A stretch of 37,537 nt of DNA, taken from the NCBI GenBank assembly GCA_046725875.1, contig JBKOZJ010000099.1, positions 1 through 37,537 on the forward strand, read 5' to 3'. The translations under genes were made by a program, and so were the position numbers. Origin of the DNA: Actinomycetota bacterium (GTDB lineage: Bacteria; Actinomycetota; Actinomycetes; JAKEEW01). Positions 18,439 through 26,387 of this stretch are shown here, piece by piece; the first letter of the stretch is position 1, and every line of letters starts with the position of its first letter. The notes under the pieces are model-generated. The model did no database searches, was not told the origin of the DNA, and saw only the letters and a program-made list of their open reading frames with translations.

Positions 18439-18614
18439 GTAGTCGAGTGTCGGCAGCCCGGAGACCTGGTGCTAGCAGGAGCGCCTCGCCTGTGCACGAA
18501 CGGCCGGACTTTTCCGACCCTGTGGAGCGAGCTCCGGGTTGGCCGGGCCATCCACAGTCCCGCACCGCAGCACCCGCGGTTGCTGGTCGTAAGGATGGAA
18601 GGACAGCTGAACAT

Positions 18615-18716
18615 ATAGGACGACCCCCGCCGGGGGGGAGAGCGGGGGTCGTCACCACGGACCGACTCGGGGGGGAGGAGCCGGTGCCGGGCATGTGCGG
18701 CCAGCGTGGTGGCTGC
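18615..18716 (-). ncRNA. 6C RNA (Mtb B11 homologue)
   Basis: Minus strand has two hairpins with C-rich loops (ACCGGCTC-CTC+C run-GAGTCGGT; GACGACCCCCGC-TCTC+C run-GCGGGGGTCGTC). Canonical position between ssd and the HAD gene. Ends approximate. Confidence 0.9.
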
Positions 18717-18723
18717 AGGTTCC

Positions 18724-18752
18724 ATCGTCTACCCGACGGGCCATTTAGTAAA
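18724..18752 (-). promoter_or_regulatory. Putative 6C RNA promoter
   Basis: TTTACT (18752-18747), 17 bp spacer, GACGAT (18729-18724). Confidence 0.5.
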
Positions 18753-19070
18753 CCCGCCTACGGAACTGTTATCGATGAAATGGCAATAACCTGGGCCGTT
18801 CGTCCAATTACTGATGCAGCGTCAGCGAATTGTGGCGCATCGCAGATCTCGTAGGTCTCATCAGCCACTGCTGCGCCTCCTAGTCGGCGGTGTCATCCGG
18901 CCACCCGCCATGGATGGATACGTGGTAGCTCACGCCGTCCATCCACCTTCCGGCCCAGTGCGAACGCCGGGGTGGGACAGCTGCGGGCAGCGGGAAGGCG
19001 CGTGGCACGTCGCGTAACCGTCGACGCACCGTCGGCTCGCGGTCAACCGAGCCCTCTATGCTCGGCTGGT

Positions 19071-19883
19071 GTGACCGCACAGCAGCACCGGACGGCTGCC
19101 TTCTTCGATCTCGATAAGACGGTGATCGCCAAGTCAAGTGCCCTGGCGTTCAGTCGGTCGTTCTATCAGGGTGGCCTGATCAACCGGAGAGCGGTGCTAA
19201 AGAGCGCATATGCCCAGTTCGTCTACCTCGTGGGCGGTGCCGACCACGATCAGATGGAGCGGATGCGGCAGTATCTGTCGTCGCTGTCCACCGGGTGGAG
19301 CGTCGAGCAGGTAAAGGAGATCGTCGGCGAAACGCTGCATGGCCTGATCGACCCGCTGGTGTATGACGAGGCCGTCACGCTTATCGAGGAGCATCACACC
19401 GCCGGTCGCGACGTAGTCATCGTCAGCTCGTCCGGCGCGGAGATCGTCGAACCCGTCGGCGAGATGCTCGGGGTCGACCGGGTGATTGCAACTCACCTGG
19501 TCATCGAGGATGGCCGCTACACCGGCGAGATCGAGTTCTACGCCTACGGCGAGAACAAGGCGAAGGCAATCCACGAGCTGGCCACCACCGAGGGCTATGA
19601 CCTGACCCGAAGCTATGCCTACAGCGACTCGGCCACCGACCTTCCGATGCTCGAGGCGGTCGGCCACCCCTACGTGGTCAACCCGGATCGGGCGCTCCGT
19701 AAGGAAGCGGCGGCCCGAGGCTGGCCGGTCCTCGTATTCAGCAAGCCGGTGTCGTTGCGGCAGCGAGTCCCGTCGCTGTCGATGCCGAGCAAGCCCGTCC
19801 TGGCGGCGACCGCACTCGGCGCCGGAGCCGCGGCCGGGATGGTCTGGTATGCATCGCGCCGGCGCGGCGCCCGCCGCGGTTAA
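19071..19883 (+). CDS. HAD-IB family hydrolase (Rv3661/SCO3558 CicA-like)
   Basis: AAFFDLDKT, IVSSS, K in GENKA and YAYSDSATDLPML. TATGCT lies 8 nt before the GTG, suggesting a leaderless start. Confidence 0.93.
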   Translation: MTAQQHRTAAFFDLDKTVIAKSSALAFSRSFYQGGLINRRAVLKSAYAQFVYLVGGADHDQMERMRQYLSSLSTGWSVEQVKEIVGETLHGLIDPLVYDEAVTLIEEHHTAGRDVVIVSSSGAEIVEPVGEMLGVDRVIATHLVIEDGRYTGEIEFYAYGENKAKAIHELATTEGYDLTRSYAYSDSATDLPMLEAVGHPYVVNPDRALRKEAAARGWPVLVFSKPVSLRQRVPSLSMPSKPVLAATALGAGAAAGMVWYASRRRGARRG

Positions 19884-20072
19884 ATTCGCACGTTTTATTC
19901 CGCCACGGGTAAAGACCGTTGCCACAAGGAGTTCGAGGCTAGGACCATAGTCAATAGTCCGAGGCAATGAATGTGCCGTTGGCTCAATGGCTTCGACTCA
20001 ATACATTAGTTCACTGGATTTCAAGGCCACGGCGTCTCCAAGCCAGACCGTGCCCGACGGTGACTCGCGGTT

Positions 20073-20234
20073 TGATCCGCCAAGATCACGTAACTGGAGG
20101 ATGGCGGACCGCGGGCGAGCCGCAATCCTCCGGTTTGCGAAGCTTGGCGGATCAGACGGCAGCTTCGGCGGACCGCGGGCGAGCCGCAATCCTCCGGTTT
20201 GCGAAGCTTGGCGGATCAGACGGCGGCTTCGGCG
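20073..20234. repeat. REP/BIME-like composite: 64-bp tandem duplication plus an inverted partial copy
   Basis: 20103-20166 and 20167-20230 differ at 1 nt. TGATCCGCCAAG (20073-20084) is the reverse complement of CTTGGCGGATCA (20143-20154 and 20207-20218). Confidence 0.9.
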
Positions 20235-20281
20235 AACGGCCTGCCATCTCCTTATTCAGTACGGTCTGCTAGAAACCAGGT

Positions 20282-21460
20282 GTGAGGCGCATCGGGGCGG
20301 ATGAGCGGCAGGCCCGGCTCGGGATTCGCCACCTGCTGGCCAAGAGCACGCAACCCACGACCGCGGTCGAGGTCGCACGCAACATGGTGGCGCTGCACGC
20401 CACCGACCCGGCGAGCGTGTTCCTCTCCGTACGCGCGCGGACTCCAGCCATCGATATAGACGCACTCGAGCGATGCCTGTATGAAGAGCGCTCGCTCTTT
20501 CGTCTGCTTGGCATGCGACGAACGATGTTCGTCGTGCCGACCGAGCGTGTTCCGGTGATCCAGGCGGCATGCTCCAACGCGCTTGCACAAGCGCAGCGCA
20601 GCACCTATGCCGGTCTTCTGTCCAAGGCTGGAGTGGGGGATGAGACATGGCTCAAGCAGGTTGAGGAGTCCACCCATATCGCGCTGCGCCGGCGAGGCCG
20701 GGCGGCGGCATCCGAGCTATCCGCCGATGAGCCGCGGCTGCGGACTCAGATCACTCTGGCCGAGGGCAAGCCCTACGGATCCCGCCAGACGATCACCAGC
20801 TGGGTTCTCCTGCTCCTTGCCGCCGAGGGTCGGATCGGGCGCGGCCGGCCGCGCAACGGGTCGTGGTTGAGCAGCCAATGGATCTGGGAGCCCATCGACG
20901 CGTGGTTCCCGGATGGCATGGCGGTGATCCCCACCGACATTGCTCGGGCCGAGCTGGTCCGGTCGTGGCTGGCGACCTTCGGGCCGGGTACGGTGGCCGA
21001 CCTGCGCTGGTGGACCGGATGGAACGCTGGGCCCGTCAAGACGGCACTCGCGTCGCTGGGCGCTGCCGAGGCAGATCTCGACGGTGAGCCGGGTTACCTG
21101 CTGCCCGACGACCTCGAACCCGTCGCCGCGCCCGAGCCATGGGTTGCCCTCCTCCCGGCGCTCGATCCGACACCCATGGGCTGGTCGCGCCGCGAGTTCT
21201 ACCTGGGGCCGCACGCGCCGGCGCTGTTCGACCGGGGCGGCAACGTGGCGCCGACGGTGTGGAGCGACGGGCGGATCATCGGCGGTTGGGCGCAGCGTGC
21301 CGATGGCGAGATCGTCTGGCGACTCCTGGAGGAAGTAAGCACGGATACCCAGGCCGCTGTGGCAGCCGAGGCGGCCCGGCTCGCTGACTGGCTGGGCCCG
21401 GTCCGGCTCGCTCCGCGGACCCGGCTGCGCCCGCCGTTGGAGCGCGAGTTGGTCTCCTGA
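20282..21460 (+). CDS. AlkZ/HTH_42 winged-helix DNA glycosylase family (HATD-motif, AZL2-like clade)
   Basis: VALHATDPASVFLS, LGMRRTMFVV, WLATFGPGTVADLRWWTG, LLPALDPTPMG and DGRIIGGW. Confidence 0.88.
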   Translation: MRRIGADERQARLGIRHLLAKSTQPTTAVEVARNMVALHATDPASVFLSVRARTPAIDIDALERCLYEERSLFRLLGMRRTMFVVPTERVPVIQAACSNALAQAQRSTYAGLLSKAGVGDETWLKQVEESTHIALRRRGRAAASELSADEPRLRTQITLAEGKPYGSRQTITSWVLLLLAAEGRIGRGRPRNGSWLSSQWIWEPIDAWFPDGMAVIPTDIARAELVRSWLATFGPGTVADLRWWTGWNAGPVKTALASLGAAEADLDGEPGYLLPDDLEPVAAPEPWVALLPALDPTPMGWSRREFYLGPHAPALFDRGGNVAPTVWSDGRIIGGWAQRADGEIVWRLLEEVSTDTQAAVAAEAARLADWLGPVRLAPRTRLRPPLERELVS

Positions 21461-21471
21461 CTGCTGCGGAC

Positions 21472-21658
21472 GTGCGGGCGGCGCCCCCTGCATGGGACGC
21501 CGCCGGCTGGCACGTAGGCCGGGCTACCAAGCGTGCACCGTCAATTTCGTCGGAGCAGGTCAAGCCTGTCACGACGGGCCCTTTCGCGGGTCGGTCGCGC
21601 GTGGGTGTCCCGACTTCCGTGTGTCGGTCCTTCAGGGCTCTGCACCCCTCCGGGCCGT
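21472..21658 (-). ncRNA. Ms1 / scr3559 / MTS2823-like RNA polymerase-binding RNA
   Basis: Minus strand begins ACGGCCCG, contains CACCCACGCG and GCACGCTTGGTAGCCCGG..TGCCAGC, which I recognise from Ms1 homologues, and ends in a GC hairpin. Clear upstream promoter and no credible ORF. Confidence 0.8.
21477..21504. terminator. GC-rich hairpin at the 3' end of the Ms1-like RNA, possibly also terminating the AlkZ-like gene
   Basis: GGCGGCGCCCC-CTGCAT-GGGACGCCGCC, 17 nt past the AlkZ-like stop. Confidence 0.6.
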
Positions 21659-21664
21659 ACCTGC

Positions 21665-21693
21665 TTTGTACGTCCGAACGGCCGCTCTGTGAA
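21665..21693 (-). promoter_or_regulatory. Promoter of the Ms1-like RNA
   Basis: TTCACA (21693-21688), 17 bp spacer, TACAAA (21670-21665). Confidence 0.65.
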
Positions 21694-21817
21694 GCCCTAG
21701 ACCATGATCTTTACTTCTGGCGGCGCTCCACACCCGACGGCCGGAATGTCTGGCTGCCCCACCGGCCACCACAGTCGCAGCTACCCAGAGAGGCATGCAC
21801 AAAGCCACCAAACAGGC

Positions 21818-22852
21818 TCACGACGACATCCGCTGCGCCAGCCAAGCGAGCGATAGCGGATAGCGGTAGTCAATCGCCATGTGGGTGGCGTCGAAGAGCT
21901 CGAAATAGACCCGGTCGTCCGGTACGCCGGCCTTCGCAACGGCCTTGCGGAAGGCCTCGGCGCCGAGGTCGAGGAAGAACTCGTCCCGCGTGCCGGCGTC
22001 GATCCAGATCGCCCGCATCGACCGCAGCGCCTCCGCATACGGCGGCTTGCCGGCCATGACCACCGGATCCCAGTCCACCCAGCGCTGCCAGATCTCCGGA
22101 ATCGGCTTCCCGAACTCGTCGAAGGGGAGATTTACCGTGCCATCCTCGTCGGCGGAGTAGGCGGCGGAGCATCCGTACCACATGATGAGGTCGCCGTCGG
22201 TCTCCTTCGACATGGGAACCCGGGACCGGAAGTCCTTGAGGAAGTTCTCGATCGACCGGTCGTAGTCGTCCCGCAGCGTCCGCGCGGTCTTCGGCATCAT
22301 CGCGATATAGAGCGCTTCGAAGAGCGCGTCGCCGGCGTGGGTCGCGAAGGCGCCGAACAGGTCCGGCCGGAGCATCGGCGTGATCATCGCGCCATAGCCG
22401 CCGCTGGACTTGCCGGAGATCGCGCGATGGTCGCGATCGGCCTGGGTGCGGTAGTGCGCATCAACCCACGGCACGATCTCCTCGCAGATGTACGTGTGGT
22501 AAAGCCCGGTACCCGGCGAGTCCACGTATTGACTGCCGCCGTAGGCCGTCCATGCGTCGATGTAGACCACGATGACCGGGGGCGCGTCGCCGCGGGCAAA
22601 GACGGCGTCGGCCGTCTCGGGGAACGGCTGCCGGAACGCGGTGCGGTTCCGCCACATCTCGACATGGCCGGTGTAGCCCTGAATCACGTACACCACCGGA
22701 TAACGGCGCGCGGGTTCGTCGTCGTAGCCCGGTGGCGCATAGACCAGCAGCGGGCGCTCCCACGGGTCCCCGAGCGGGTTGTCGCGCAGCACCTCCGAGG
22801 CGATGACATGGTGGTCGAGACGGCCGGCGAGTTGGGTGGACCACGGCAGCAT
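21818..22852 (-). CDS. Enterochelin-esterase-like alpha/beta hydrolase
   Basis: LVYAPPGYD, YPVVYVIQG, nucleophile elbow GKSSGG, DAGTRDE and ATHMAI. GGAGG before the ATG at 22852. Confidence 0.88.
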   Translation of the reverse strand: MLPWSTQLAGRLDHHVIASEVLRDNPLGDPWERPLLVYAPPGYDDEPARRYPVVYVIQGYTGHVEMWRNRTAFRQPFPETADAVFARGDAPPVIVVYIDAWTAYGGSQYVDSPGTGLYHTYICEEIVPWVDAHYRTQADRDHRAISGKSSGGYGAMITPMLRPDLFGAFATHAGDALFEALYIAMMPKTARTLRDDYDRSIENFLKDFRSRVPMSKETDGDLIMWYGCSAAYSADEDGTVNLPFDEFGKPIPEIWQRWVDWDPVVMAGKPPYAEALRSMRAIWIDAGTRDEFFLDLGAEAFRKAVAKAGVPDDRVYFELFDATHMAIDYRYPLSLAWLAQRMSS

Positions 22853-22961
22853 GGGCGGGCTCCTCCATCGAGGCGTTTCGGTGAGCGGATACCTGCGCGA
22901 CGATAGTTGAGCCTGCGCAAGCGGGAACGCGCAGGCTTCCCGATGCGTACCAGCGAGCGAG

Positions 22962-23939
22962 ATGCCCGAGCAGATCCCGTATTTCGAGCTCGACATGAGC
23001 GCGCCCGACCCGGAGCCGGAGCAGACCGGCGACCGCCGGCGGCGACTGCGCCTCGGCCCGAGGGCTCGGCTCTGGTTGGCCATACTCACCGCCCTAGCCG
23101 TGGGCGCCGCTCTCGGCGGACTAGGTGTACGGAAAGAGCGCGACGCCGCCGCCACCCGCGAGGCACGGAACACCATCTCGCTCGCCGCGACGGTGGGCAG
23201 CAACGGCTATGACCCGACAGGCCGGGCCGACGCGTTCCCGGTCAACGTGCGGATCTACAACGCGGGTCCAAAACGTGTCCGCGTCCTCGACGCAACTCTG
23301 TCGGTTCCCGGCTTCCACCCTGGTCTGTCGAGCGCGGGTACGACGGACGTTGAACCCCAGAAGTGGTCACTCATCACAGTCGCGCTCGGCTTGCCCAACT
23401 GTTCGGAGACTGCTGCCGGACCGCCAACGCTGGAGATCCTTGCGCAGACCTCGGCGGGAACGAGGCGCAGGACCTCCGTGCCGGCCGTGGACGCGGGCGG
23501 CAGCCTCCCCTCGATCAGGGACTCGACATGTATGGGCCCACCCGGCATTCTCGGGGCCGTCGACCTCTCGGTGCACCCTCCGCTGTCGTTCGCGGAGCGT
23601 TCGGGCCGCCCGGTGCTCCGGGTGACGCTGGACGCGTCGGTCCAGGTCCTCGGCCGAGACAACCGACAGGCCATGATCAGTGGAGAGGGCCGGACGGATC
23701 TGCTTCGCACTCGCCCCGTGGAGTCCTACCCGGTGCGGATAGCGCCGCCGAGCCAGGTATCGGGCGAGGTGGAGCTGTCGATCATCAGTTGCCGACGGCC
23801 TCTCGGGGACTACGGGGAGGACGACCTCCAGATACCGATAAGGGTCAGCAGCGACGCCGGCGAGAGCACCCTTCGCGCCTGGGCGAGCCCGGCCGTATAT
23901 GTGGGGATCACCGAGCTCTATCACCGCACCTGCGATTAG
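22962..23939 (+). CDS. Hypothetical membrane-anchored exported protein
   Basis: Arg-rich patch, single TM (LWLAILTALAVGAALGGLG) and a beta-rich ectodomain with 4 Cys. Confidence 0.7.
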   Translation: MPEQIPYFELDMSAPDPEPEQTGDRRRRLRLGPRARLWLAILTALAVGAALGGLGVRKERDAAATREARNTISLAATVGSNGYDPTGRADAFPVNVRIYNAGPKRVRVLDATLSVPGFHPGLSSAGTTDVEPQKWSLITVALGLPNCSETAAGPPTLEILAQTSAGTRRRTSVPAVDAGGSLPSIRDSTCMGPPGILGAVDLSVHPPLSFAERSGRPVLRVTLDASVQVLGRDNRQAMISGEGRTDLLRTRPVESYPVRIAPPSQVSGEVELSIISCRRPLGDYGEDDLQIPIRVSSDAGESTLRAWASPAVYVGITELYHRTCD

Positions 23940-24042
23940 CCACTGGCTGCGGCAGAAATAGGAGTAGAAGTGGTCCGAGTTGCAAGTTTCTAGGTCGTTT
24001 GCTGGATCCCCGACGACTTGTGCTCGTGTTCTGTCCGCGGCC

Positions 24043-24711
24043 TCAGCTCGGGACCGCGTTGCGGCGGGCGACCGTAAGACCGTCGGACACCGGCAGCATG
24101 ACGAGCTCGACGCGGCCGTCGGCCGCGGCGTGGTCGTTAAATGTACGGACAGCCTCTGTGTCCGCGTCGTCCGCTGATGGGTCCACGACCCGACCGCCCC
24201 ATAGCACGTTGTCGACGACGATCACACCGCCGCTGCGCATCCGGGGCACCAGCTCTTCCCAGTAGTCGATGTAGCCGCCCTTGTCCGCGTCGATGAAGGC
24301 GAGGTCGACGTGCGGCCGGTCGGTTAGCTCCTGCAGGGTCTCCAGTGCCGGGCCAAGGCGGAGCTCGATGCGCTTGTCCAGCCCTGCGCTCTTCCAATAA
24401 CGCCGCGCGATTGCCGTCCACTCCTCGCTGACATCGCAGCACAGGAGCTGACCCCGGGGCGAAAGGCCACGCGCGATGCAGATCGACGAGTAGCCCGTGA
24501 AGGTGCCGACTTCGACGGCGAACCGCGCCCCGACCATCTGAGTGATCATGGTCAGCAACTGTCCCTGCTCGGCGCCGATTTGCATTCTGGCCGCCCGCCC
24601 GAGGGCGGCAGTCTCCTCGACAAGCGCAAGTTGGATCTTGTCCGGCCGGGTGCTGTGATCGACAAGGTACTGCTGAAGCTCGTCGCTGAGGCCCAGACTC
24701 CTCCGTGTCAT
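24043..24711 (-). CDS. SAM-dependent O-methyltransferase (CCoAOMT/COMT-like)
   Basis: MQIGAEQG, VEVGTFTGYS, FIDADK and VVDNVLWGG. Confidence 0.93.
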   Translation of the reverse strand: MTRRSLGLSDELQQYLVDHSTRPDKIQLALVEETAALGRAARMQIGAEQGQLLTMITQMVGARFAVEVGTFTGYSSICIARGLSPRGQLLCCDVSEEWTAIARRYWKSAGLDKRIELRLGPALETLQELTDRPHVDLAFIDADKGGYIDYWEELVPRMRSGGVIVVDNVLWGGRVVDPSADDADTEAVRTFNDHAAADGRVELVMLPVSDGLTVARRNAVPS

Positions 24712-24893
24712 GGCATTACACGTTAACCGGCAGCCCCCCGGCGGATCGAGCGCCCGCTCGCTGACCGACTCCTCGGTTATGGACCTAATCGCGGAGAGGC
24801 TCCCCACCACCAGTTCCGAGGAGTAGAACCTGGCGCGCCCAAGCGAGTGTACGCAAGCGTGTGGAGTGCAGGGATATGGCAGGCTGAGCGACC

Positions 24894-25802
24894 ATGTGGG
24901 TCCCCGACGCGTCGGTCGTACAGGTCGATGGCCCCTGGACGCATCGAGCGATCGCCGCCAACGGTGCCCGCTTCCACATTGCCGAGCTCGGTCAGGGACC
25001 GCTCGTCTTGATGTTGCACGGCTTTCCCGAGTTCTGGTGGGCGTGGCGGCATCAGCTCGTGGAGATCGCCGACGCCGGCTATCGAGCGGTGGCGATCGAC
25101 TTGCGCGGCTACGGCGCGAGCGACAAGCCGCCGCGCGGCTACGACCCGTTCACCATCACCGGCGACATAGCCGCAGTGATCAAGTCGCTCGGTGAGCGAG
25201 CGGCGGTCGTGGTCGGGCACGACTGGGGCGCCTACGTGGCCTGGTCTCTCGCGGTATCGCACGCCCCGGTCGTACGCGGGCTGGCGGCGATCTCCATGCC
25301 GCACCCGCGGCGGCTGCGGCACGCTCTCACCTTCGAGCGCCGGCAGATCGGTGCGGCCGCCCTGCTCCTTGCATTGCAGCTGCCCTGGCTCCCCGAGCGA
25401 CGGTTCGTGCAAGAGAAGGGGGAGTACGTCGAGCGGCTCTTGCACGCCTGGTCCGCGCCTGGCTGGCCGGACGACGAGTCGGTCACGCGATATCGGGAGG
25501 CGATCCAGATCCCCGGGGTCGCGCACTGCGCGACCGAGTACTTCCGGTGGGCGGCCCGGTCTATCCCGCGACCCGACGGGATCCGGTTCGCATACCGAAT
25601 GCGTACGCCGATCACGGCCCCGGTGCTGCACCTGCACGGCCGGCTCGACCCGTGGATCCTGCCGTCGAGCGCCCAGGGCTCCGGGCAGTACGTCGAGGGT
25701 CCGTTCCGGTGGCGCCTTTTCGCGGAAGCGGGGCATTTCCCGCACGAGGAGATTCCCGACGCCGTCACCGCCGAGCTGCTCAGCTTCCTCGCCACGCTGT
25801 GA
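24894..25802 (+). CDS. Alpha/beta-fold epoxide hydrolase (EphE/Rv3670-like)
   Basis: HGFPEFWWAWR, DLRGYGASDKP, GHDWGA and GHFPHEE. Confidence 0.92.
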   Translation: MWVPDASVVQVDGPWTHRAIAANGARFHIAELGQGPLVLMLHGFPEFWWAWRHQLVEIADAGYRAVAIDLRGYGASDKPPRGYDPFTITGDIAAVIKSLGERAAVVVGHDWGAYVAWSLAVSHAPVVRGLAAISMPHPRRLRHALTFERRQIGAAALLLALQLPWLPERRFVQEKGEYVERLLHAWSAPGWPDDESVTRYREAIQIPGVAHCATEYFRWAARSIPRPDGIRFAYRMRTPITAPVLHLHGRLDPWILPSSAQGSGQYVEGPFRWRLFAEAGHFPHEEIPDAVTAELLSFLATL

Positions 25803-25887
25803 GGCTGATAGACCGAGACGAGTAGGTCTTGACCGAGGTCACGCGTCGCCGACGACAACCGACTCAGTGCAGGCCCTGCTCGTCGAG

Positions 25888-26361
25888 TTACCTGATAAGC
25901 CGCGGCGGTGGCGGCGGTTGCGTGGTTCCGGATTCGATGCGCTCGGCCGCCGACGTCGCCCACTCGACCAGCCCGGGTACGTCGATGCCGTGCGGAGGGT
26001 CGGCCGTCCACGGCGAGATCCGGTCGGCGGCCCGGCGCAGCAGGCGAGCGGCACCGACGGTGTTGCCACGCTGAGCATGGGTCACGCCGACCGCGAGCTG
26101 TGCCAGCCCACGCCAGAGATCCCGCTCCTCGTCCGGCACCACCGACTTCCAGGTGCCTTCCAGTACTTCGTGGGCTTGAAAGGCCCGCCCGCCATCGAGC
26201 AGCCGCTGTGCCTCGGCGAGCGACTGCGCGGGTGGAAGCGCGAGGTCATCGGGGAGCGCCTCGACGCCGGGCCTGTCGTGGGGGAGCGGGCGGCCGTAGT
26301 CGTCGCGCGGCCGCGCATTGCGCGGCCGTCCCGCGGTATCCCGATCTCGATCCGTCGTCAT
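25888..26361 (-). CDS. DUF309 family protein
   Basis: RPRNARPRD..GRPLP, FQAHEVLEGTWK and GLAQLAVGVTH. Confidence 0.85.
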   Translation of the reverse strand: MTTDRDRDTAGRPRNARPRDDYGRPLPHDRPGVEALPDDLALPPAQSLAEAQRLLDGGRAFQAHEVLEGTWKSVVPDEERDLWRGLAQLAVGVTHAQRGNTVGAARLLRRAADRISPWTADPPHGIDVPGLVEWATSAAERIESGTTQPPPPPRLIR

Positions 26362-26387
26362 CGAGCACCTCGTGATCGCCAGAGCGC

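Noticed and set aside
18828..18940. Crp sites in the 6C-HAD intergenic region (TGTGGCGCATCGCA, CGTGGTAGCTCACG)
   Set aside because: Spacing is GTG-N6-CAC, not the GTG-N8-CAC needed for Crp.
20103..20234. Possible CRISPR array (also the 41-bp repeat at 14881-15000)
   Set aside because: Units are contiguous with no unique spacers, and no cas genes are present.
21818..23203. Long N-terminal extensions in the ORF track (esterase, marP, MBL, ridA, HAD, tadC)
   Set aside because: These come from upstream in-frame starts. Better RBS-supported, overlap-supported or leaderless starts lie downstream.
24721..24893. SAM/SAH riboswitch upstream of the O-methyltransferase (ACTCCTCGG/CCGAGGAGT inverted repeat at 24768-24824)
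   Set aside because: Only a 9-bp stem, and the core SAM-IV/SAH motifs were not found. cmscan would settle it.
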